Shown: positions 24,255 to 35,410 of the stretch, piece after piece
Numbering within the stretch: position 1 is the stretch's first letter
How the letters are laid out: each line of letters starts with the position of its first letter
NCBI RefSeq assembly: GCF_902713615.1
Contig: NW_024055456.1
Span: forward strand, 62,001-126,000
Direction of reading: 5' to 3'
Length of the DNA stretch: 64,000 nucleotides
From: Scyliorhinus canicula
Taxonomy: Eukaryota
Notes under the pieces: model-generated
What the model saw: only the letters and a program-made list of their open reading frames with translations
Told to the model about the DNA's origin: nothing
Databases searched by the model: none
Translations under genes and position numbers: made by a program

Positions 24255-24341
24255 AGTTATTGTGTGACCCTTTCCAGGAAATGTAATACAGTGATACGCT
24301 TGACTACTGGGGACATGGCACCAAGGTGACTGTGACTGCAG
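24255..24341 (+). CDS. IGHJ: IgH J segment (24294-24341) with 23-RSS
   Basis: RSS AGTTATTGT-23-TACAGTG (24255-24293). Coding TLDYWGHGTKVTVTA carries the IgH WGxG motif (TCR J has FGxG). Phase-1 donor G|GTAAG at 24342. Confidence 0.92.
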
Positions 24342-24417
24342 GTAAGAACATACACGAGCTTAATAATTATGCTGTATTTCCGTCTTTATCTTAAATTGTG
24401 CTTTAGCTTGTCAATTA

Positions 24418-24750
24418 GGACGGCACGGAGGCACGGTGATTAGCACTGCTGCCTAACCGTGCCAGGGATCCTGGTTCGATTCCGACTTTGGGTCACTGTA
24501 TGTGTGGAGTTTGAATTTTATCCCTATCTCTGCATGGGTTCCCTCCGGGTGCTCCGGTACCCTCACACAGTCCAAAGATGTGCAGATTAGCTGATTGGCC
24601 ATGATAAATTCCCCCTTAGTGTCCAAAGGTTGGTGGGGGTATGCGGATGAGGAGGAGGAGTTGGTTGAGGTGGGGTGTTTATTCAGGGGGTTGGTGCAGA
24701 CACAATGGGCCGAATGGATGGCCTTATTCTGCATTGCAGAGATTCTTTGA
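24418..24750 (+). mobile_element. V-SINE
   Basis: Head, core and GATGGGCCGAATGG-type tail, starting about 75 bp after the JH donor. Confidence 0.75.
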
Positions 24751-26155
24751 ATTATGCGGAGATCCATTATAATCAGTGGGCTCTCTCAGTTTAAATGCAA
24801 TGTTACTTTTGATAGTGTTCGACATGCTGATGTAGTAAAGCACCTGTTCCAGGGTAAATATCTGTCTGGTTTTGAACCTCTAATTAATTTTCTGATGCTA
24901 TTGTTGTGGAGTAAATTTAAATCAGCAGCCAATTGATTATTTTGCATTGCGTAACCTGGGTGACATCTGTCTGCTGCAGACTCTCAGCTACAACGTGAAG
25001 AGCATGTGCTTAGAAATGTTTTATAGCCGACCTAAGCACTCCAAACTGGAGAAAGAATCTAACAACATTGAATAATTTGCCACTTTCTGTATCTGGCTGT
25101 TTTCATGATATATTGATATTATTTATGATGATGTGGTATCGTATTATTGTGGTAGCGTTCCGCATTAGCAACTCTTTAATGCAATGCACAGGACTGTTTA
25201 AAGTAGCCCATAACTAACACTATTGTGTGGAATACATTCCGAGAGCAGGTGGCTTTAATATAATATTATTGTGTTCTAATATGGCGAGATTGTTGCGAGT
25301 ATGCAGTGAAACATACAATTAGAATCGCAGATTATTTTAACGATGCAAATATGGTGAGGGAACAGACATTCAACAGATATATTTATGTTTAGAAACGATA
25401 CTCAATATGCTGGTATTAATTGTGTTGTTTGAAACCCGCCAATGAACTGAGTGATGGAGTGTTGCAGCCTCTAAAACACAAACGTTATCAGTCACAAAAT
25501 TGTTCTGCCTATTATATGCTCCGCAGATTGACTTGTAAGTAGTCTTATTTGTTGCTACAGCAGCTAGATGCCTCAATTTTAGGTATGTCTGGTGCTGCTC
25601 ATGGCATGGCCTCTTGTCCCAGTTTGATTGCCATGGTTAACTCAGGAATATGCCAAGTCATGAGGTTACAGATTGATGTTGCCTATATTTGTGCTGCTGC
25701 TAATGACCCAGATACAGCTTTGAGTTGCTCGATGTGTTCGGAATGCAACCCAATTAGTGCAGTGTTGGTGCGACACAATACGATGAAGGCCATCCCTGTG
25801 TCAAAATATGTGAAAACATTTCTCCTGGAGGCATTCGACTTGATGATGGGTCAGTTCAAGTTTTAGTACATTAACGTAGTGTTGTTTTCCTTCACAGTTA
25901 TAGAGGTTTTTTTTAGATTCTGTGGATGCCACTACCAATGGCACATTTGCTGCCCTTCCCTAATAGTTATTGAACTGAATGGGTTGCTCTACTTTTTCAG
26001 AGGGGGTTTAAGAGTAAACCAAATTGCTGGTTGTCGTTCTGGATCACATGTAGGCCAGACCAGGCAGAATGGCAAATTTATTTCCTACGGGACAGTGATG
26101 AATCAGATTGTTCTTTACACCACTCAATGATAATCACGTGGTCTCCATGAGAGAG

Positions 26156-26373
26156 CCATGATGTGGAGATGCCGGCGTTGGACTGGGGTGAGCACAGTAA
26201 GAAGTCTTACAACACCAGGTTAAAGTCCAACAGGTTTGTTTCAAACACGAGCTTTCGGAGCACGGCTCCTTCTTCAGGAGCCGTGCTCTCCTGAAGAAGG
26301 AGCCGTTCTCCGAAAGCTCGTGTTTGAAACAAACCTGTTGGACTTTAACCTGGTGTTGTAAGACTTCTTACTG
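26156..26373. mobile_element. Penelope-derived hairpin element with 12-bp TSD
   Basis: Same family as 12863-13066; near-perfect inverted arms of about 90 bp; TCCATGAGAGAG at 26144-26155 and 26374-26385. Confidence 0.8.
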
Positions 26374-26659
26374 TCCATGAGAGAGGCCAGCTTTCATTGA
26401 CTAAATCTAATTCCGCAAGCTGCCATAATCGGATTTGAACCAGTGTTGGCAGGACATTAGCCTGGCTCTCTCGATTAGTAGTCCAGTTGCACTGCATCTC
26501 ATTCTTCCCTTAAAATCGTTGAATTATTACAGTACTTCATGACATCATGACAAGCCAGTGGGTAGTTTCTTTTCTGGTTCGTTACCTTTTTTCACGTTAG
26601 CAATTCCCTGTTCCAGCCAACAATTTATGAACATGGCGGCATACATACATGCAAACAGG

Positions 26660-27340
26660 AGGATAGATGAATTAGGAGCAGGAGTAGGCCGCTGGGCCAC
26701 TAGAGCCTGTTTCGTCATATAAGATTATGACCGATCTGATTGTCACTTTAGACCCACATTGCTGCCTACCGCCGGTAACATTTCACCCCGTTATAAATCA
26801 AGAATCTATCTAGCTCTGTCTTTAAAATATTCGAAGTATCGCCTGCCTTCTGAGGAAGAGAGTTACAGAAACTCATAACCCTCTTAGAGAAAATGCATTC
26901 ACCAAATCTCAGTACTAAATGACTGACCGCTCCATTTGAACAGTGGCACCGAGTTCCATATTCTCCAACAGGAAGAAGTATCCTCTCCACATCTACCCTG
27001 TCAAGACTCCTCAGGAATTAAAGATTTTGATCAAGTCGCCGCATACCCTTCTAACCTCTCCAACTTTCCCCCAAAGCCAACACGTCCATTCCTGATATTA
27101 GTTTCGTAAACCTTATCTGAACTGTTACTAACGCAGTTACATCTTTCCTTAAATATAGAGACCAATACAATACACCATACTCCAGATATGCTCTCAACAA
27201 TGCCCTGTAAAACTGAAGTATAACCTGCATACTTTTACAATCATTTCCTCTCAAAGTACATAATCATTTTCTATTAGCTTTCCTAATTATTTGCTGTATC
27301 CTATAATTTTGTGATTCGTGCACTAAGGCATCGACACGCC
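26660..27340 (-). mobile_element. CR1 LINE 3' fragment
   Basis: VILQFYRALLRAYLEYGVLYWSLYLRKDVTAL on the minus strand. Confidence 0.75.
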
Positions 27341-27650
27341 TCTGCACTACACACCTCTACACTATAGAGTGCAAACATGGAGTATTAAACATTTACCCTC
27401 ATTATACTCCATTTGCCAGATTATTGACCGGCTTAACGTACATCTGCCCCCTTGTAACTTTCCTACGTCCGCTGCACAATTTGCTTTTCTGCCTATTTTA
27501 TGTCGTAGACCAGAAGACAGAGGCGCAGAAGGAGGACATTCGGCCCATTGAGGCTGCTCGCTGATTCAATGAAATCAAGACTGAGCTGTTGTGATAATTC
27601 TTAGCCACTTTGCTGGTTGCAAACCTTTAGTTCATTGCTGTGTATTTCAG

Positions 27651-27910
27651 GGAGTGCAGTTTGACGGTATGTTCAATAAGTTTGTATTTGATAGAAAGTG
27701 AAATGTCCACGTTAGGCTTCAGAGGCGCTTCATAAACAAAATCAATAACCCAGTGCCTGATATATTGAAACAAAAGCTGAGAAGCTGTACGAAAAAAAAA
27801 GCACAGAGGATCTTTAAGTATGTCGAGGCTGAAGCTGACTGACGCTGTGTATTACTGCGCTTTCTGGGGCACACAGTGATAAAAATCAGCATCATCCCTG
27901 TACAAAAACT
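27651..27910 (+). pseudogene. TRDV-like: Decayed TCR V exon with an intact 23-RSS and no leader found
   Basis: After acceptor TGTATTTCAG (27641-27650): ECSLTVCSISLY... (FR1 missing, stops in the middle), then KHRGSLSMSRLKLTDAVYYCAFWG. Perfect RSS CACAGTG-23-ACAAAAACT (27872-27910). Confidence 0.8.
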
Positions 27911-28835
27911 GTAGGTGGAAACTGCAGTCTGTTGAGGCATGTGGAGGATCGCGGGCAGTTGCAGCCACAATGAGCAGCGGAGCTGTCAGCCACTCAGTCA
28001 CACACGGGAGAGGAAACCAAATTAACCTTAATTAAACTGCCACCCAACTGTTTCCAGCAGCGGCCGAGAAAACAATCCGACCGGCAGACAAAGCAGACAA
28101 ACATAATTTAATAGGCCGTTTCTAACCCACACACCGTGTAACCTGCTGCGGTGTGAGGCCGGTCGTGGTGAGCTGCACATTCCCTCGGTTCAGCGGCAAA
28201 CTCTCAGTCAAACATGTTTCTGCCCAGTTTAGAGAAGCCGATCTACTAATACTCGCTCTGTGTCTCTCACAACCCGTTGCCGAGGGGTAGTAAAGACAAA
28301 GGGGTGTAGTCAGTATCCCAGGTGGTGACAATGGCGTGTGTGTGTCTGTATTGGGGGAGGGGGGGGGTGACTAGGTTCTGCCATGTGGCAGCTTCCTGAA
28401 TAATTCCTCCCTGCTCCTGCGTGAGGCTCCTGTTGCTGCAGATTGATTCTCAGGGCTACACCCTGAGCGTTGAATGCAGCCTGTCGCTGAGCTGACGCAC
28501 TGAGGGAACCAGCACTCTCCTCTACACACATACATTGATGTAATATCCCTTTCATTCAATCATTAGAATCCTCGTTTTTCATATGTTTTTTAAAGATTAA
28601 ATTGTAGTTTGATTCTTTCTTTGACCTCTCTGTTTTTGCAGTTTCTTTTACAAATTACTTTGCCCAATTTTTTTATCGTACTTTCCCCATCTGCCCATTT
28701 CCTTCAACCAGTCCCATTTCCCCTGCCGACTCAGGACAATCTGTGTCCATGTCACAGGCATATCTCACTTATTTCTGTGCCTGGGATTCCGTTTAATCTC
28801 CTTTAACGTGTGGATAACCAACCTACCCACTGTCC

Positions 28836-29190
28836 ATGCGCCAACGCGGTAGCACAGTGGTTAGCACAGTTGATTCACAGCTCCAGGGTCCCAGATTCGA
28901 TTCCCGGTTTGGGTCACTGTCTGTGTGGAGTTTGCACGTTCTCCTCGTGCCTGCGTGGGTTTCCTCCGGGTACTCCGGTTTCCTCCCACAATGCAAAGAC
29001 GTGCAGGTTCGGTGGGTTGGCCTTGATAAATTGCCCTTAGTGTCCCAAAAAAAAGGTTAGGTTGGGTTACTGGGTCACCGGGATGGGGTGGAGGCGATGG
29101 CATAAGTAAGGTGCTCTTTTCAAGAGCCGATGCAAACTCGATGGGCCGAATGCCCTCCTTCAGCCCTGTAAATTATGTGAATCTATGAAC
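28836..29190 (+). mobile_element. V-SINE
   Basis: Complete head, core and tail. Confidence 0.8.
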
Positions 29191-29834
29191 ACAGAACTGT
29201 GGCCAATTCCCTTCCGTCCAGCACGGCACGGGTGGTCAATCTAATGGGCACGTAGTATTACAATTCATTTTGTGTTACTTAATAACAAACTCCTTGTCTT
29301 GATCTATCTTTTCCAGTCACTGTACTCAGGAGCGCCTGTACCTATCGCACCCTGTTGGAGTGTATTTGTATGGTTCACTGCAGTAACTGTGACCTCAGAC
29401 TCCAAACACACTGCAGTAGTCCAGACAGAGCGAGGCTTCGGCGCATTGTGAGCAGAGTTAAGTTAACCAGCCTGGAACGTTATCATTCGCTGGCAGCTCG
29501 CTCACCACCGATCGGTCTCACATCACCACTGGGGCCACAAGGAAGTGAGATGTGACAATATCCTGAGACACGCCATCAGATTTTTGAGTTTTGAACGGGT
29601 GGCGTTAAATATCTAACTCCCCCTTTACAAAGCTGATGCGACTATGTGGCTGCTCCGCATTTGGGTTGCGTGATCTTACCGAACTCTGGGTCACTCACAG
29701 CCAGTTCACCATCTACCGGCCTCACAGAACCACATAATGAAGTGAGGTGAGATCATCCTGAGGCAAGGAAGCAGATTATCGAGGGTGCAGTTTCACAATA
29801 AATCCAACTCGCTTTTTCAGAGAGGACAGCAGCA

Positions 29835-30100
29835 ATGCAGTTACTCCACATCCTGGTTGTGTGGGGAGCATTTCCAACTGGTAATTGTGAACTTCATACA
29901 TGTCACCGTTTCCATCAGGTCCTAAACCATATTTAATCAGCCACCGTTCATACGTTTTCCTATATGAATGTTCCTTTCAAGATCTGATTCGCGGCGATTC
30001 AATCACTCAGCTTCTGTCCGGGTGCACTCAGACAGAAGGACAAACAGGAACATTTATCGGTTCCTGTGGCATGGCAGGAGGCAGCTATGGGACATCAGCC
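29835..30100 (+). pseudogene. Leader exon plus FR1 relic of a V gene
   Basis: 46-nt phase-1 leader MQLLHILVVWGAFPT|GTAATT (29835-29880). After acceptor TTCAAG at about 29981: DLIRGDSITQLLSGCTQTEGQTGTF. The rest is not recognisable and a CR1 lies at 30378. Confidence 0.55.
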
Positions 30101-30377
30101 CCAATGATCCTCTGCTGTTAATGTGTTCATTAACTTCCGAGGGTTGGAGGAAAGGGCACATAAATATTAAAAAACGAAAATCCAGAACCTAAAGGTGTGA
30201 AGAGCATCATAAATGAATATGGTTAGAAACACAGTCGGAGAAAATCTTGTGTAATATTGCAAGCCAGTACGATTAAGAGAAAAACGGAAAGCTAACAAGT
30301 CCGCTAATAATACGTGATGATGACTCAGAAAGTGAGAACTGCGGAATAAGGATGGGAAGGAAGCGAGAATGACAAAA

Positions 30378-31118
30378 ATAGAACATAGAACATAGAACAT
30401 TACAGCACAGTACAGTCCCTTCGGCCCTCGATGTTGCTCCGTCCTGTGAAACCCCTCTAAAGCCAATCTACACTATTCCCTTATCGTCCATATGTCTATC
30501 CAATGACCATTTGAATGCGTTTAGTGTTGGCGAGTCCAATACTGTTGCAGGCAGGGCATTCCACGCCCTTACTACTCTACGAGTAAAGAACCTACCTCTG
30601 ACATCTGTCCTATATCTATCTCCCCTCAATTTAAAGCTATGTCCCCTTGTGCTGGACATCCCCATCCGTGGAAAATGGCTCTCACTATCCACCCTATCTA
30701 ATCCTCTGATCATCTTGTATGCCTCAATTAAGTCACCTCTTAACCTTCTTCTTTCTAACGAAAACAGCCTCAAGTCCCTCAGCCTTTCCTCATAAGTTCT
30801 TCCCTCCATATCAGGCAACATCTTGGTAAATCTCCTCTCCACCCTTTCGAATGCTTCCACATCCTTCCTATAATGCGGCGACCAGAACTGCACGCAATAC
30901 TCCAATTGTGGCCGCACCAGAGTTTTGTACAACTGCAACATGACCTCATGGCTCCGAAACTCAATTCCTCTAACACACCGTACGCCTTCTTAACAACCCT
31001 CTCAACCTGGGTGGCAACTTTCAGGGATCTATGTACATGGACACCGTGATCTCTCTGCTCATCCACACTACCAAGAATCTTACCATTAGCCCAGTACTCT
31101 GTCTTCCTGTTATTCCTT
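30378..31118 (-). mobile_element. 5'-truncated CR1 LINE
   Basis: ORF 30468-30941 MLQLYKTLVRPQLEYCVQFWSPHYRKD...RGDLIEAYK; (TTCTATG)n 3' tail at about 30378-30400. Confidence 0.9.
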
Positions 31119-32377
31119 CCTAACCCTAACCCTAAGCCTAACCTTAACAGAGATTTTAGTTCAGATAAAGTGTTAAATAAAGAGAATCATGAAAATGTAA
31201 AACCTCTTTTCCATTAACGCACATTTTGCTGCTAAACAGTTGACATTTCCGAAACATGTTTCGTGAGGGAGAGAGATGGAGAATACTAAGATTAAAGTTT
31301 CATAAACAGCTTTTAAAAAATGTACCAGAATAACACGGTTTTGCTGTTAATGGATTTCATTTGCTTTTATTCCAGGGCTGTGTCATCGGACATTCAGAAA
31401 TACAAAATCGGCACAAAAACATACTTTACTTTTTGATTCAATGACGAACTCGAGTCGGAACAGCCCCACCCAAAACGTTGCCTTGCCCACAGTTATTTTG
31501 GTGTCCAATCTGTTGTTTTGGTTCTTCACTACAGCCTGGTATTTTCACAGCAACTGTGAATTTCATCTTAACGGGAAAGCTTTCTGCTCGTGTTTGCACC
31601 GATTGGATCTCTTTGTGAGGGATATTATCGGTCTCAGACCCACTGATATATTTAGATTTCACGAATCGTCTGTTAGTTCGGAAATGTGGAGCAAAGTGAT
31701 GTCATTAGTAGGGTGTATGTTTGGTGACTGTTGTTTCAGCGGGAGTGTCACTGAGATTTGATCTACTCACACCATATTTTAAAATACAGCATGACAAAGA
31801 CAGCAAAAGCACTAAATGCACCCTAAAACTTAGGAATGCACCTCAGTCAACCGAACGTTAAGAATTTAAATAATTGTTTCATGTGATTTTGGCGTCCCTG
31901 GTTACATTTTGCTATTTCCGAGGCAACCACGTCGCTGTGCGTTTGGTGTCACGTTGCGAGCCAGACTGAGTAAAGATGGCAGATTCCCTTCCCCTAATGA
32001 CAACAATGAAGCTGATGGGTTTCTACGACAACCAATGATCACCATTATTGAGAACTGCCTGGTGTCAATTCCATATTATTTTTATTTAATTATTGAATTC
32101 AGTAAATTCCTCCCGCTGCTATGGTGAGAATTGAACCTATGTCTTGATATCATCAACACGGATCTTTGAATTCGTGGGATAGTAATTTTACTGCTACAAC
32201 AGTATGTTGGATAACTGCTAAACTTGAATGGAATTTATTTCTTGCATTGTCGTAAACCTGACCAGTGTCCAGAGTCCAACAAAGTTAGTGGGAAAATTTG
32301 AAAACGTTTGAATAAAGCAACAAATCAAGTTGCTGATCCCAAGGTCGTTTAAATAACGCAAGAGCGCGCCCACGTGT

Positions 32378-32945
32378 CTGTTCTTGGCCTGCTGCAATGT
32401 TCCAGTGAAGCGCAACACAAACTGGAGGAACAACATCTCATCTTCCGGTTAAGCACGTTACAGTCTTCCGGTCTGAACATCGAATTTAACAACTTCAGAT
32501 GATCAGCCCCACTTCGACCCATTTGTTTTCATTTCATTTTAACTGTATTTTACCATTTATTTCTTTCCTGCACCTTTCCTACACCTTTCTCATCTTTGCT
32601 TACCCCTTCCCCTCCCCCCACACCTACAGTTCATCCTCTGATGTTAGTTTCCCTGCTGTTTGACCTTTCACATCTTTTATCCTCTCTGGGGACTGCCATT
32701 AGCACTCTTTCCCCTTGGTATCTGGGCCAGTTTCTCTGGGTTTCTGTGGCTATGATTCATCTTTCATTCTCACTCCACAGTATAAATATTTCCCACTCTC
32801 TCTGTCTGCTAGCTTTGACAAAGAGTCATCGGACTCGAAACGTTAGCTATTTTCTCTCCCTGCACATGCTGCCAGACCTGCTGAGATTTTCCAGCATTGT
32901 TCCTTTCGTTTCAGATTCCAGCATCCGCAGTAATTTGCTTTTATT
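32378..32945 (+). mobile_element. Penelope-like element 3' fragment
   Basis: LEEQHLIFRLSTLQSSGLNIEFNNFR* (GIY-YIG C-terminus) followed by the terminal repeat TTTGACAAAGAGTCATCGGACTCGAAACGTTAGCT, also seen at about 33755 and 51617. Confidence 0.7.
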
Positions 32946-33849
32946 TAGGAGGTTGACTGTCTTGTATTACATTTAAATTGGTTAATGATATAATGCAATA
33001 TTCCCAGGATTGTTGTCCTTCCTCTATTACTCAGTGTTCGCCATTTTGCAACGTTTCTTTTCCAAATCCCACACACCCAGCACAAAATGGTCCTGAAATA
33101 TAATGGTACCGGAAAACTGGAGGTAGATGCCCTCATGTTTCCCGTTTCTTAATAAGCATTTGCTAGAAAAAAATTGCCCAGGCTTACAAAGCGTCAGGAA
33201 AACTCGGTTGAACTCATGTATTTCATCATCATCTTTTTTCTCTGAATGCTATAACCAATATCCTGCGGTTTCCGTTTCATCAAAAACCCTGATGTGGAGC
33301 ATGTGGATGACGAGAGGATGGAGTAAGCTTGAGCAGAGTATTGAGACAAATCACCTTAAACTTGAAGGAGAGTTGTTTGAATCCAGTCCAATGCTATCCG
33401 CTGGGAACGAAGAAACGTTTTGAGGGACTGAGCTCGCGTACTGATCGTAGATTGGCGCAGCGACTCCAATTTGGTTCTCTGGAAAACTCAGCGCTGCGAG
33501 GGTCAGACATGAGGCCCAGTCGGGCAATGGACATTATTGGGGCGAGTGTTGATGGAGGAGCTGAAAATGGTGCATAGAGGCCGGCAAGTTGTAATGTTTA
33601 ATTTACTAATTCTGCCAGCAATGGCCGACAAAGGGCAGCCCAGTCCATCCAGCTTGTCCCGCAGAACAGAGGAAGTAAATTTGATGAAAGCAAATTACTG
33701 CGGATGCTGGAATCTGAAACGAAAGTAAAAATGCTGGAAAATCTCAGCAAGTCTCAACTTTGACAAAGAGTCATCGGACTCGAAACGTTAGCTCCTTTCT
33801 CTCCCTACAGATGCTGCCAGACCTGCTGAGATTTTCCAGCATTTTCCCT

Positions 33850-34160
33850 TTCGAAGTAAATTTGATGTGCAGGAACGAGTGTAACGTAGGAAAGTGTCGC
33901 TGTGCCCACAGCAAGACCTCAGGTAATGTGTTCATCGGTTTCAGTGATGTCGACTGAGGTTTAAGTATCTCGGGGAACTGCCCTGCTTTCGAAAACATTG
34001 CGGCGGTGACGAAGATCCTCCAGAAAGGGTAGTTAAAGCCTCTATTGCTCGTTTATCCGAATGCTTCACTGCGGAGACGCCCGGACTCCCTTTGTACTGA
34101 TAGTCCTCAGATATCTGCAGGGAGTCTTGAACCCACAACTTCCTGGCTCAGGGGCCCTAG
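33850..34160 (-). mobile_element. Deu-domain SINE (SacSINE1/AmnSINE-like), degenerate
   Basis: Minus strand: tRNA head GAGCCAGGAAGTTGTGGGTTCAAG, then CAGTAC..GGGAG...GATCT...AGCAGGGCAGTTCCCC...TTGCTGTG...TTTCCTAC.TTACA resembling the Deu core. Confidence 0.55.
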
Positions 34161-34283
34161 AGTTGAGAAGTGGAACAGTTCCAGCCGAAACACGGATAGC
34201 GCTTTGAGCTAGAGTCACAGCCTGTGACAGTTTTATTTCAGTGAGGTTTTTGTACAGCGGGAGATGAGTATTAAACCGCTGTG

Positions 34284-34727
34284 TCTCTCAACACGCAGAA
34301 ATATACGGCGCTGTCTTGGGTTTCCGCTCGAGTGACTGTTAAAGGAAACTTCTTTTCTGCATTAGTTTGGTCGGCCTCGAATCTTCCCTTGGCAAAATCT
34401 GCGTCTGTTTTCCTGCTTCGGTCTCGATACAAAATAAATTGCGGGGCCTGGTTCTTGCGCTGTCTGTACCAGTACAGATCGGGGTTCTGGTCGTTTGTTG
34501 TGTAGGTACAATCTAATTTCGTTCTAACTCCTTCAGTGATATTCAGTGCAGTCTGAGGCTGGGACACAGAATCTGCCTGAATGGCCGCTGCAATAAAAGG
34601 TAGCAAAATGTTCAATGCCACATTGCGTGCAAAAATCTATCAACATCACATTACTGCAAAAAAACAAAACATTATGGCTGTACATACCGAAAAACAGCCA
34701 CAATATAACCAGGTGGCTATAGGTCAT
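34284..34727 (-). CDS. TRAV/TRDV: TCR alpha/delta V gene, intact (family 5)
   Basis: Leader 34727-34688 (MTYSHLVILWLFF, GTATGT). V exon 34587-34284: DSVSQPQTALNITEGVRTKLDC...YWYRQRKNQAP...DSAVYFCVLR. RSS CACAGCG-23-ACAAAAACC (34283-34245). Confidence 0.92.
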
Positions 34728-35358
34728 GAGCCTCATTATATCTTCAGGAACAATCTTTCCAGTAGCATATATATATATTCACTCTTACGACCCGTTAAGC
34801 TAAGAAATGTTGCACAGAGAGCTAAAACTATAGTTTAGGAAGTGCTTTTGAGATGATATTTCCAATAAGAAGCTTCAATGCGCTAACTGGGAGGCAACAT
34901 TTTAGGTAGCAACGACAGCTGTCTGGTCAGAGATCGTTCCGCTAGCTCCTCCTACATCATCTACACGCGTCACCGCTCTGGGCGGGGTTTGCATTGACAA
35001 TTAGTCCCACCCCTTCACTCCTCACAACACATTCAGAAAAAATAACATCAGGCCATGTAATCTGACTGTTGAACTTTTTAGAAAAGACAACCTTCAGTCT
35101 GGGGTTCATTCACTGGCACCAGAGGAGCTGAAATCTCAGCCCAACACTTCCGCTCTCATTCCCTCAGGGAAATATGCCGAATTCCAGAAAACAGTGTTCC
35201 GTGTTTAGAGCAGCGAGATCCAGATGATTTTTCGAAGTTGGGGTCAATCTGTTTGTCCAACCACCCACACCCACCCCCTTGTATTGAGCGACCTGCCTGA
35301 CAGAATGTCATGTGTAGAAAGGATGTGACATAAAGAGTTGAGCAACTTGTGAACTTAC

Positions 35359-35410
35359 CGGTTAAAAGCGCGGCCGCTGTGAGGAATAAATACACAGTAA
35401 CAGGCCACAT
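35359..35410 (-). other. Orphan or alternative V leader exon
   Basis: 52-nt phase-1 exon MWPVTVYLFLTAAALLT|GTAAGT with no V exon of its own before the 34.7-kb V. Confidence 0.6.

Noticed and set aside
28230-28310. RSS-like CACAGAG on the minus strand after YY...CER
   Set aside because: The nonamer is poor and there is no V framework upstream.
31376-31761. Phase-1 open exon with a hydrophobic stretch, as a possible TM exon for the VDJ
   Set aside because: No Ig CART (FxxLFLLS/YS..VT) or TCR charged TM motif; the region looks more like a V relic on the opposite strand.
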